From Vicugna vicugna (Eukaryota), in NCBI GenBank assembly GCA_013265495.1, contig PNXW01004639.1, forward strand, positions 248,001-312,000: a DNA stretch of 64,000 nt, given 5' to 3'. Below the pieces are notes generated by a model. The model was given only the letters and a program-made list of their open reading frames with translations, did no database searches and had not been told where the DNA came from. Made by a program: the position numbers and the translations under genes. Positions 25,997 through 46,006 of this stretch are shown here, piece after piece (within the stretch, counting starts at the first letter, position 1; every line of letters begins with the position of its first letter).

Positions 25997-27465
25997 TCCC
26001 AAGAAACATTTTATTTGGCTTGCACTAGTAGCTTTTTGTTAATTGAACAAAATCATGTTTGTTTTTGCCACTTAAACGTTACTACACAATCCTATTCTGA
26101 AAGATAAATGTCCATTAAAAACAAAGCAAAAATTAAAATTCACAGCCTTAATTGCCTAGAAGATCTGTCACTTAAAGGAGGTTTAAAGGAAAAGGGGGGC
26201 TAGTGTAGGAGGGGCTTTCTTACAAGCTTTTCCACGTGTCACATTTTCTCCTTAAAACAAAGGTGAAATAGCTTAAACAGAAATATTCATAAAAGGGAAC
26301 TTTACAGAATTGTCAACAATATTGAGACAACTTCGAATAAAGACAGAAGAGCACTTTATGGAACCTGTGGCCAACCCCACGTGGCATGTGGCCAGCCCCC
26401 CGGGACATCTGTCCTCCTCAGGGAGGGGCCGGGCTCCTGCAGTGCATCAGGAGAGGGGTGCCCATAGGCGAACTGCCCCGTGTCGGCACCACCAAAGATG
26501 CAGCAAGCAGAGCGCCAGGCCTTCTATTCCTTGGGGCCAGCCTTGTGACCATCTCTGCTCGCTTCCATATTGTGGCATCTCCCCCTAGGCTTGGAGAACT
26601 GTGCAGGGCGTCCCGCTATCCTGGGGTTGATGGCTGGTGCCCTCTGCTCAACAGCTGTGTACCAGGGTGTGCTCTGTGTCTATGCAGCCTCTTAGCAGAT
26701 TGCCTGGGATGCCAGTCACATTCTGTCCTAACGCTAATTCTGCAAAAGAAGGATTTTCTTTCTCTGCTATCTTTCTGGTGAAGATTTCTGGGTTGGGGGA
26801 AGATTTCGTTTTCATTTCCCTAGTGTTGGTTATCATGGACCCTCCTCTTCTGCCATTCTGGGCAAGGCCATCCTGCTTTCTGGCAATTACATATTCCTCA
26901 CTGCAAAATGATTTTCCAACATGTGAGTTTCCAACTTGTGACTCGGATGACATTAAAGCCAAGGTCTTCTCTGTCCCCTTGCCACTTGCTTAAAATACTT
27001 CAGTGACTCTTAAGATAAAAGTTGAAAGCAGTAAGACAGCAAACAAAGGTCCGCAACCTTGGACATCACCTTGCTCCATGGTCTCTGTCCCCAGCCGTAC
27101 TGATATTCCGGTTCCTCAAGTGCACCATACACCCCAAGTCTGGAAAAGTCTCTGCTCCCCAGCACCCCCACCCCACTTTGCCAAATTAACCCCAACTCGC
27201 CATTTGATGCTGACTTAGGTCTCACATCTTTGGAGGAAGCTTAGCTGCCATCGGCTAGGTCAGATCTCCCTGGCATAGTTTGGAGAGCACCATATGTGAC
27301 GACTTCGGTAACCCCATCGCAGGTTCTGTTGGGGAATTATTTGATTGCTGTGCCTTCTCCATTTGACAGTAAGCTCCAAGAGAGCTCTTTTGTTTTTCTA
27401 ACTTAGATGACAGTTGCTTATCTACTACTGTGTAAGAAGTCAACACAAAACTTAGTGGTTTAAAA

Positions 27466-27770
27466 CAGAAATGAAACTTTTTCTGTAAGGGGTCATAGGG
27501 TTAATAATTTAGAGATTTCTAAATTATTACAATCACTCCACTCTGCCCTTGTATTACAAAGGCAGCTGGCGACAACACACACACAGGAGCGTGGCTGTGC
27601 TCCAGTTCCATTATTGACAGGCACCAACATTTTGAACTTCATAGAATTTTCTTGTGTCAAAAAATATGATTGTTATTTTGAGTTTTTTCCACCATTTAAT
27701 ACTGTAAGATCCAGTCCTAGCTCACAGACCATACAAAAACAGGCGGTGGGCTGGATTTGGCTCATGGGCC
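27466..27770. mobile_element. MER58B-like hAT MITE
   Basis: AAACTTTTTCTGTAA.GGG...ACTCTGCC..TGTA...GCGTGGCTGTG...TACAAAAACAGGCGGTGGGCTGGATTTGGC.CATGGGCC. Confidence 0.8.
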
Positions 27771-27809
27771 AACAACAACCTTTTTATTATCTTTCACTGT
27801 TTGGGGAGA

Positions 27810-28265
27810 TGTTGAGCAGTAGTCAATTTCAAAGAGCTTTATTTGGGGACTTAAGGATTACAATTTGAGAGACATAGATTCAGATAAAACCAAAAGGGGG
27901 TCCAAGGGAAGGAAAAGTCAGGGGCTTATAAAGACAAAAAGCCACAAGGTTTTTAAAGTTGCCGGCGGAGTCCTGTGATTGACTGTGACAGGTCTGGAAA
28001 TATTTGTCCTAGAGGAATCAGGAGTTGCTGGAGGGTAGGGGTCGGATAAATAGACAGGCTGTCACAAGTTATTTTTGGAAGCGAGTCCAAGAACTATTTC
28101 GAGGTTCTGGCAGATGTTCTAGATGCCTTCATTAGGATAATAAGTGGTCAGAAGATCCGATGTTTATCCAGGTGAGACGTGTGTAAGTCACTTCCTCAGT
28201 GACCTCCCAGCTCCGTCGTACAGTGCTCTTAGCGACACTGGCTCCTTTTTCATTTACGTTCCACA
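27810..28265 (-). mobile_element. ERV1-like solo LTR
   Basis: TG...CA termini; minus-strand AATAAA (tttatt about 27838) near the 3' end and TATAA (ttata about 27926); sits inside the MLT1. Confidence 0.55.
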
Positions 28266-31200
28266 GGGGTTAAGAATTAAGGCGAGATTGATGGGGTGAT
28301 TCTGTTCCTCTTGATGTTGACGAAGGCTACTGGGTAGTGCCTGGTTTTGGACATGCTGGCCGGGAGGGTCCAAGATGGCTTGATTCAGATACCTGCCCCC
28401 TGGGTGGGACAGCCTAGGCAGTTGGGCTCAGCCAGGATTGTGACTGCAATTGCTGAAGTAGCTTTCAGAGAGGTTTAAGAGGACCTGTGCACTTTTGGGC
28501 GGAGGGCAGGCCACTTCCCACGTGTAACATGAGTCGGGTGTGGAGAAGGCGGAATGCTGCTCATCAGCAGTGACAGAGGAAGTACCACAGTGTGCTTTCC
28601 TGAGCATCCTCACAGGAGAGTGCTTATGCTAATGCACACGGTCAGGTCTTGTATAGCTGTTCAGTTTTCATCTGATCATTTGCTTTTTTTCCTTCATCCT
28701 TCAATTGCCTTTTCTTTTCAGTTCAGAATAAGCCTGCCGAGTACATGCTGAAGCACAGTCCCGTATTAATTTATGGGCCGTGGTGTGGCTTCCTAGAAAT
28801 GAAATGATCTGGTCCCATGAAATCCTAATCACTGTCACAGCCAGCAGGTGCCAGAGTTAAAGCATTTCCAGTGAAGTGAACAAGAACATTGAATAAAACC
28901 AGGGCTGGGGACTGGCTGCATTTAAGTCCGGGAGAGGAAAGTTCCGAACTGCTGATCAAAGCTTAACCAGGGGAGGCAACTCTGTTTGGCTTTAACTCAG
29001 TGGGAAAGGCAGGAACTTCAAATCTATGGTCAGTTCAAATTCAATTTGTGAGAGACTTACCCCGTGATTTCTGTATTGCATACCAAGCGGAGAGGTTCGG
29101 AGCAGGCTTATGAAAAAAAATCTCAGGTGAAAGACATAATATAGAAATTGTCTCCTATGCAAGTTCTTTTAACGCTCCCTGACCCACTGAGCCCTTCTCC
29201 CAAAGCAGATCAGAATCTCAAAAGAAGGGAAAGGGACCCCCGGGAAGGCATGTGTGTTTGGAGTGGATGGCTCTGGTTCCCTTCCCCGCAGAAAATGTCT
29301 CTGATGCGGCGTGAGTGGTGGGAAAGCCCTTCCTATTAACTGCTGGCCAAGAGTTGACCGAACGAAAGCAGGTTAGGGGAAAACCCAACCCTGGGTGTGC
29401 TGGGATGAATGAATTTCCTGAATGTACAAATGTCTGTGAAGAACTTTTCTAAAATCTAAGAACAATAGACGTGAGTAAGGACATCTTGAAATGCCTGGCA
29501 AATCTAAAGTAAGTTATCCTAAGGCATAAAGAGTAATATTAAGTTTCGTTCTCATTATCAGTGGTGCCAATCCAAACCAACCTCCCAAAGCTGGCAAAAA
29601 TTTGACATGCATCCTAACAGGAGAGGGATGTTACACCCACAGAATGGTGAAGAGAAACAGAATGTCAGCCCAAATAATAGATGAGAAAAGTCTGCTGATG
29701 TAGTATTAGGTTTTGAAAGCCTGATATGAAGACCTTGGCAGAAAATGTGCCTTCTTAATGATACTCAACTTATAATAATATTAGAATCAACTTGTTTTCC
29801 CTGAATTCAACTTAGAGTGTCAGGCAGAATATATCCCCTGTTTTAATTTTTAGTTTAATCTTGATTTGGAGTGCCAGTTTTATTTTAAAATGATTTAAAA
29901 AGTGGTGTAAAATAGCTCTGTTAATGCCTACGTAGGATAACATAGAAGATTGAGAATTAAACATACTAACGCCGACTACAGTGCCACCTCTAAGTTTAAT
30001 TCAGTATTTAGAGACACCTTTAGTTACAAATGTAGTCATAGTCATCTTAGCAGCCGGGCCATCCAGAGATGTACACAGAAAGTTCTGGGAGACATCTGTG
30101 TGTGTTGTGATACAAACAGGGAAAGGGTGGGAAGATATTCACAAGTCTAGGGTAAGAAAGGAAGGAGGAAGATGAGGGAAGATTCTGAATTGGTCCAATA
30201 CATACTCAAGCACAGATTCTCTGCGGGTAGGTAACAACCCAACAGGGAGAACAAGGAGGAAATGGTGTCCATGTGGCAGGTGTGTGTATGTGTGTGTTTC
30301 TGTTTTTTCCTTTACAAGGGATAATGAAATTGTTGTCTAGATTTGCGAGATGACAGAAGGAAACCCCTCAGAGGCTTTTGCATCTGATACCTTCTGTCAG
30401 CCTTCCGCGAAAGGATAGCTATGTGAATATTTTCTTAGTGAAGACCTCCAATCCCTCTTCTTCTTTCCACCAGTTTTGTCAGAATCACAACACAAATTAT
30501 TCAGTTTTAAACAGCAAAGCTGTTCAAGAATAGGACTGCTAATGGAACACTTGAAAGCCCTTCTCGTTTTGACAAGCCAGGTTCACGCAGTATTTGTGGG
30601 CACAAAAGCAGGGTTTGTTTTTATCTGCATCTAGACAAGTTACCCCAGGAAAAGTTTTGTGCATGAGTTTTTTTTTTTTTAAAGAAATACCATCTAAGAG
30701 TTTTGACAGTGTTCTCAGCTGATAATCCTTAACCAATTAAAGAGGACCCACAAGAGATCTTGCTCATAAAAGATTTACAGAAAAGTCACAGTATAGTTGA
30801 ATTCAAAATGAGTGGAAAGGTAAGTGAGCATTTCTGAATAATAACATATTCAGGAAAAGACAAAGCATATCACCTCAAAATACAATGAAACAGCATTTTA
30901 AAAGATATCTTGGGAGACATTGCTCTCCCCTAACAACTCTTTAGAATAAACAGATTTCTTCAGGGTTACTTTGAACAACTAAAAACACTTAATAGGTAAT
31001 TGGGTTGACAGTCACCCTGTTTTGAGACAATACTCCAGGGACACGCACATCTTGCTCCGAAGCAACAGCTTCATTTTGATAATCTGAAAAATAGAAACGT
31101 TAGCTTGATTTTTTTCTAGCTGAACTGATGCTGGTAGAGGAAGATTCCAGTTTATTTATTTCTAAGGGATATTGCACATCAAAGCCTGGATTAATTCCAT

Positions 31201-31659
31201 TTGCTGCCACTTGTAACTATTGGTTTTTAGAATATGATGCTACTTTTGCAAGATTTGATAATTTATGTTTATTTTCTCCTCGAGTTGGGGGCAATGGCAG
31301 TAGGAAATGAGGTCTGTGGCAGGAAATGAGATCTGTAGAATCATAGAATGTTGGTTCTGCAGGAGAGAACAGGCAAGGGAGGGGAATTAAGAGCTATTAA
31401 ATTCCCGCTGTATGCCAGGCACTGGGGTAGGTGCTTCATAATTTATAAACACCACAACAGTCTTATAAAGCATGTACCTAATAGACCTAATTTGACAGAT
31501 GTGGAAAAGGCTCAGAGAAGTCAAGGAATTTCTCCAGTGGTGCATAGATAATGCGGTGGCAGAAAAAGCATTCCAATTTAGGGCTATCAAATTCCAGTGT
31601 TATGTTCTTTAGAATTCACGAGGCTGAATCCCCAGGGAAGAAATCTGGCATCGTCTAGT

Positions 31660-31825
31660 TCGGTGCTGCAAAATTCTAAATTCATATGCATCAGCTGAGA
31701 GTCTTGCGAAAATGCAGTTGCTGATTCAGTGGGTTTGGGGTGGGGCCTAAGAACCTGCATTTTAAAATTAGCTCCCAAATCCTGCTGCCATTGTTGGTTT
31801 GGGGACTCCACTTAGAGTAGCCATC
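31660..31825. mobile_element. MER5A-type hAT MITE
   Basis: AAAATGCAG.TGCTGATTCAGTGGGTTTGGGGTGGGGCCTAAGAACCTGCATTTTAA...GCTCCCA. Confidence 0.7.
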
Positions 31826-31893
31826 TCTGGTTTACCCTTTTGGATTCTGTTGTGGAAATCTGTGGTTCAGAGATGAAGACCCTAAGGACGCAG

Positions 31894-32322
31894 TGTGATA
31901 GGGAAGAACAAAGCTGACTCCATATTAGATCTGTTCCTGTGGCTCCAGCCCTGGGCTCTGTTTCCAGTGCTGAGTCCTGCTGGTTCTGCACCTTTTGTAA
32001 AAGAATGTTGCCTAGAGCCTGAAATGTGCAGGAGAGCCTATTCTGAAGGCTCTGACCTTTAAGGGTAGAACACTTTTCCATTCATTTAAAGGTAAAACGT
32101 TGCAGAATAGAAAATAATATTTGTCTTGTTGGAGATTTACAGGAACATCATGACCTGACCTACATCACAGCTGCAAGAACAAAGGATCCCGACACCAAGA
32201 AGTTTGCACCAACCAGTCACGCCCCCTCCCCTTTTTAGTATAAAAGGAGCCTGAATTCTGACTTGGGGAAGATGGTTCTCCAGGACATCAGTCTGCCATC
32301 TCAGTCTGCTGGCTTCCCAAAT
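31894..32322 (+). mobile_element. ERV1-like LTR 'A', 3'-truncated at its poly(A) signal
   Basis: TGTGATAGGGAAGAACAAAGCTGACTCCAT start; TATAAAA at 32239-32245; colinear with the reverse complement of 34447-34948. Confidence 0.8.
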
Positions 32323-32759
32323 TCGCCGCTGCAGGGCTGACCTTCAACACACCCTCAGGGCGGAAGTCAGGAGCTCAGAGGAGAAGTCAAGAATGTGGCA
32401 CTCTGTGCTCTGGGAAAACTGGTAGAACAGGCTTCAAACAGATATTTTCAGAAGAAATTTTTTATGAACCTGGATTCTTCCCATACTTAGAAAAGCACTA
32501 AAACCATAAACTAAGATATTCATTCCCTGTGATGAGCAGCAGCGTTCTACCAAGGTGTGTGCTTGGTTGCACGCTTCTTGCCAAAATCACATATGCACTG
32601 ACCTCCCGTCTTTGGAGCAGTTCTTCGGAGCTCTCTGAGAGGCTGTCTCCTGGGCTACTGTCCTCAGTGAGACAAGGAATAAACTCAACTTACAGCATTT
32701 ACGCTGTGTGTTTTTTTTTGTTTTTTGTTTTTTGTTTTTTTTTTTTTTTTTGGTCGACA
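32323..32759 (+). mobile_element. ERV1-like LTR 'B' (3' part) fused to LTR A
   Basis: TTTGGAGCAG...GAGCT.TCTGAGAGGCTGTCTCC.GGGCT...GTCCTCAGT; AATAAA at 32678-32683; T-run then GTCGACA terminus. Confidence 0.7.
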
Positions 32760-33490
32760 AAGTGTGATGCACAAACAAGTCATGGAAAGACGTCCCTGCA
32801 ATTCTTCTACAAGCGTCAGAAGCTCAAGTGCCCATGGCCAGGCACGTACAGGCAAGGACTCCGTGGGCCGGGCAGGGTGCCAGCAAATGGGAGCCTCCCA
32901 AGAGGCAGCCCAGATGCAGCTCTCAGGGAGCATGAGGAAGGGATCAGGACTGGCGGTGACGCAGACTCTGCAAAGACCTCAGCCAGCCCTTGGAGGGCTC
33001 TGAAGCCTGGGTGGCCTCGGCGGAGTAGATCCATCTCCAAGCCAAACAATAGAGATATTCTAATGAATACAGAAAGGCTAGTTCAGCCTGCACTCTTCTA
33101 TCAGGGAGCTAGGATCTCACTACACAATCCTATTTGCATCTTCTTTCAATGATTGTTTCCTCCTAGAACATCGACCCGCCTCCAGGGAGCGGGGAGTGGT
33201 GGGTGGGGGCCTCTCCATGCAATTGTGGATAATCAGATAATTATGCATTTCTGCTCTTCATACCCACAGTGATACCAGGGGCTTCCTTTCCCTCCGCATT
33301 GTAAGTCTGCCATAGGAATTCTAATTGACTTGTGTAGTTTGGCTTCAAAATGCTCCACTGAACAGGGGATTATCTTGTTGGCAATAGACTGTGAGAGAAT
33401 CTTATTGAATGATATCAACTAGTGGTTCTCATCCAATACCAACACCTGGGTGAATGAGGCAACTGGGTGAGCCACATCCACTTAACATAA

Positions 33491-33738
33491 AGGTGGAGCC
33501 CTTGTAAGAGTTAGATGCCCTTATAAGAGTGACAAGGGAGATTGCTCCCATTCTGCTGCCAGGTGAGGACGCAACAAGAGGACAGCCATCTGCAAACCAG
33601 GAAGAGACCCTCACCAGTTACTGGACCCGTTGGCATCTTGATTTTGGACTTCCAGCCTCCAAAACTGTGAGAAACAAATGTTTGTTGTTTAAGCCAACCA
33701 GTCTAAGGTTATGTGTTGTAGCAACCCAGACTAAGCAC
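33491..33738 (+). mobile_element. MaLR LTR (MLT1A/A0-like, 3' part)
   Basis: GCCCTTATAAGAG...GCCATCTGCAAACCAGGAAGAG...TTGGACTTCCAGCCTCCAAAACTGTGAGAAACAAATG...GACTAAG. Confidence 0.85.
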
Positions 33739-34446
33739 CTAGTAACTTAGCAAGAACATGGAATATTAAACAAAACCTATTTTGTTAAAGATAGGCACCT
33801 GGGGTTATCATTTATATATGATCTAATTTCTTTAGAATTATATGAACATAATGGAGGTTATTGAGCATTGTATCTGATCTAGAATTTGAGAACCTTATAG
33901 ACTGGTATTGCTGAAGGAAAAAGAAAATGAAACACCAGCTTCCTGAAGGACAGAATTAACTGTAGTGGTTTCCCCCTTTAAAGGATAAGCCTGGTTGACA
34001 GGGGCAGACACAAGCGACATGGTCTCGACACTAGTTATTTGGCCTTCTAAGTTATGGATCGCCTCTCGTTTATTAGTCTCAGCTTGCTCAGCTACAAGAT
34101 ACAGGAGGTAGACTCAGGGATTGCAAATGTGGATTTCACTTATAAAACTCTGATCCTATGAACCATGTTTTATATTAACAGAGTGAGTTTTAACAAGCTT
34201 TGATATATAATGTGTATCTACATGCGTGTGTATAATTTTTTTAATTCTGGTAGAGAAAGACTTACAATGGAAGCATCCATCAGTAACCTCATCTCCCGTC
34301 TCCACTCCTCCTAAGGAATCACCCTTAGTGGCTTCTGGTGGAACCTCCGTAACATTAAGAGGGACGGACGCTTATGCTACTTCTATTAATCAAGTTTAGA
34401 TGATGGAGATTTTGCTTATACCTCCCACTGTATACAGTGATATAGC

Positions 34447-34948
34447 TGTTACGGAGGCCAAGCTCGCACAGCTCACCACACAACAGACTAGTACACTGAG
34501 AGACGAGGTGTGGGGACAAGGAATAGTGACTTTATTTGGAAAGCCAGCAGACTGAGAAGATGGTGGACTAGTGCCCCAGAGAACCATCTTACCCGAATTA
34601 GAGTTCAGGCTTCTTTTATACTAAAAGGGGAGGGTGTGTGGCTGGTTGTTGCAAACTTCTTAGTGTCAGAATCCTTTGTTCTTGCAGCTGTCCTCCTACG
34701 TCAGGTCGTGATGTTCCAGTAAACCTCCAACAAGACAAATGTTACTTATTCTCTGTTCTGTAACCTTTTATCTCAATATGAATGGAAAAGTGTTATACCT
34801 TTAAAGGTCAGAGCCTTGAGAATAGGCTACCCCTACACATTTCAGGCTATAGGCAACATTCTGAACTTGTAGCAAAAGCAACAGAACACAAAGGTTAAAG
34901 TAAAAGAAACCGATTCAACATGGAGTCAGATTTTTCTTCCCTATTCTG
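34447..34948 (-). mobile_element. Near full-length solo ERV1-like LTR (family A), same sense as AGA
   Basis: Minus-strand TATAAAAG (34613-34620), AATAAA (34531-34536), ...GTAACA terminus at 34447; homologous to 31894-32322. Confidence 0.85.
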
Positions 34949-35216
34949 TAGTTTCTTAATTACCTATAAACATTTATGCCTTTGTTTCTTGTTTCATTTT
35001 CTGATTTTCCACTTTGTAAGGTGAAAATAGTAATCTCCCTATCCTTTATTGGATCTTTCTTCCCATTTCCATCTCCCATCTTCTATTATTTATATTGTCT
35101 TACTGTTACACATGTCTACAGTAGAGTTACAGTCTAGTCTGTAACCAGATTAAGTTTTGGGTTGGATTCCAACACAAATGTTGAAATGAGGATTCCAACC
35201 CTACCACCACCTTCTC

Positions 35217-35220
<4 letters not shown>

Positions 35221-35252
<32 letters not shown>
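35221..35252. repeat. (GT)16 microsatellite about 0.7 kb past the AGA stop
   Basis: Read directly from the sequence. Confidence 0.95.
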
Positions 35253-35253
<1 letters not shown>

Positions 35254-35806
35254 AGAGAGTAGGGGGGGATTTCTATGTATTTTTTCTTGTCTTTAACTCT
35301 ACACTTCACTAGTTTCCTGTATTCTTACTTACTTTGACCATGTAATCTTTCCAGAGTTTGATAAGCAAATCGGCCCTTCCTCATGAGTTCTGGGCATAGC
35401 CTCCTTCACTCTGTTTTCTGTGACATTTCTCTTCTTCCATCTCCCAAATTTTTTGAAGTCTTCCACTGGGCCCCTTGCATTTCCTTTGATATAGTGGGCT
35501 TATTTTTTAGTCTTCTTCCTTTTAAAAATCATTTTAGAGCAGCAGAGGGAGAGGAAACAAGTACCTGTGTTTATCATCTTGACTCATAAGCTCCCAAAAC
35601 ACTATTATTAAATAGTAGCAATTTCTTGAAACACTGAAACGGAAATCCAAACATCACTTAAAATTTAAATATATTCAAGATTTAAATATATACAAAATAA
35701 ATACATACTACATATTCATTTTCAGGGGAGATACAAAGCTTAAATAGAAACAGATAATTTTTAAAAAGGCAGATACAGAAAGTGAAAATGCTGTTTCAGC
35801 ATAAAA

Positions 35807-35812
35807 TTTATT
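35807..35812 (-). terminator. Proximal polyadenylation signal (AATAAA) of AGA
   Basis: Plus-strand tttatt about 117 nt after the stop codon, followed on the minus strand by U-rich sequence (cattttcactttctgtatctgccttttt). Confidence 0.7.
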
Positions 35813-35928
35813 TCAGGGCTTATTTCACACAAAGGAGTCAGACTACACGAGGCACATTATACAGTGGTGGTTGAGGAGCCTTTCAGCCTCTTTTCTTCTT
35901 TAAATGCAGAGCTGACAGAAAGGACGGG

Positions 35929-45274
<9,346 letters not shown>

Positions 45275-46006
45275 GGCTGTGCGCCGAGCGGAGGAGCGCG
45301 GAAAGGTCGCGGCCGCCGCCAAGGGTCAGCGTCGCCGCGGCCTCCCCGCACCCGGAACTTAGGGTCCGCGGCGCCCCGCCCACTTGGCCGCCACGCCCAC
45401 CCCCGTGGGGCGCGGTCCCGTACCCCTCAACTCTCGCGAGTCGTGGTTTCCTGGGGCCCACGGGAGGTTTAACCCCCGGCGTCCGTGCTCAGGCGCCTCT
45501 TAGGCCCTACGCGGGGTTTCTTGTTTAATACTGAGCTGAAAAGTAGTGTGAAATTACACAGCCGTGGGTTGCACGACCCTAGGAACTTTTAAGTTTGACT
45601 TTCACTTAGGACTTTTCACATATTAAAAGTTGAAGTTGGTAAGTTTGGCGAACCCACCCCGTGCTCTGTGGGGGCCCGGCCTGGAGGCCGGGGGTGCTTG
45701 CCGAGTGAGGTGAAGCGGCCCGCTGGCCACCGGGTGTGTTTAGGTTTCTCCCAGCCGCGCCTTCAGTTGTCCCGCCACAGCGGCTGTTTGTAGGACGTCC
45801 TCTCGTTCGTCATAAAGCCCTGAGGTGAGGGTAGAGCAGAAACGCGGGAAGCGGGGGCCAGCCCTCTGCGCCGCTCGCTGAAGGGCACCTTCCCGCACCT
45901 CCAGGGCGGGAAGCTGCCTCCGTGCCTTTCCGAGTGTTTTATCTCGTGCCTGGCACCATTAGGTGCTGAATAAATGTTGAATAAAGGCGGAATGGAGACG
46001 TTACCT

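Larger units (their letters stand above)
27420..28460 (-). mobile_element. MaLR MLT1-type LTR interrupted by MER58B and an ERV1-like LTR
   Basis: CAAAACTTAGTGGTTTAAAACA (about 27447), then CAACAACC.TTTTATTATCT (about 27770), then GGAGGGTCCAAGATGGCT...TGGGCTCAGC (28360-28430). Confidence 0.6.

Noticed and set aside
25451..26002. 183-aa minus-strand ORF
   Set aside because: Non-ATG start, begins in the (GT)13 repeat (HTHTH) and runs through GC-rich sequence; probably spurious.
31302..31340. 19-bp tandem duplication AGGAAATGAG(G/A)TCTGT
   Set aside because: Only two copies; ordinary slippage duplication, not an array.
32529..33152. 207-aa ORF, the longest in the track
   Set aside because: It starts inside an LTR at a non-ATG codon and crosses a poly-T run (poly-Phe); no homology recognised.
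1..35000. NEIL3 3' exons (expected syntenic neighbour)
   Set aside because: No GRF zinc-finger or other NEIL3 coding sequence recognised; the gene probably lies left of the window.
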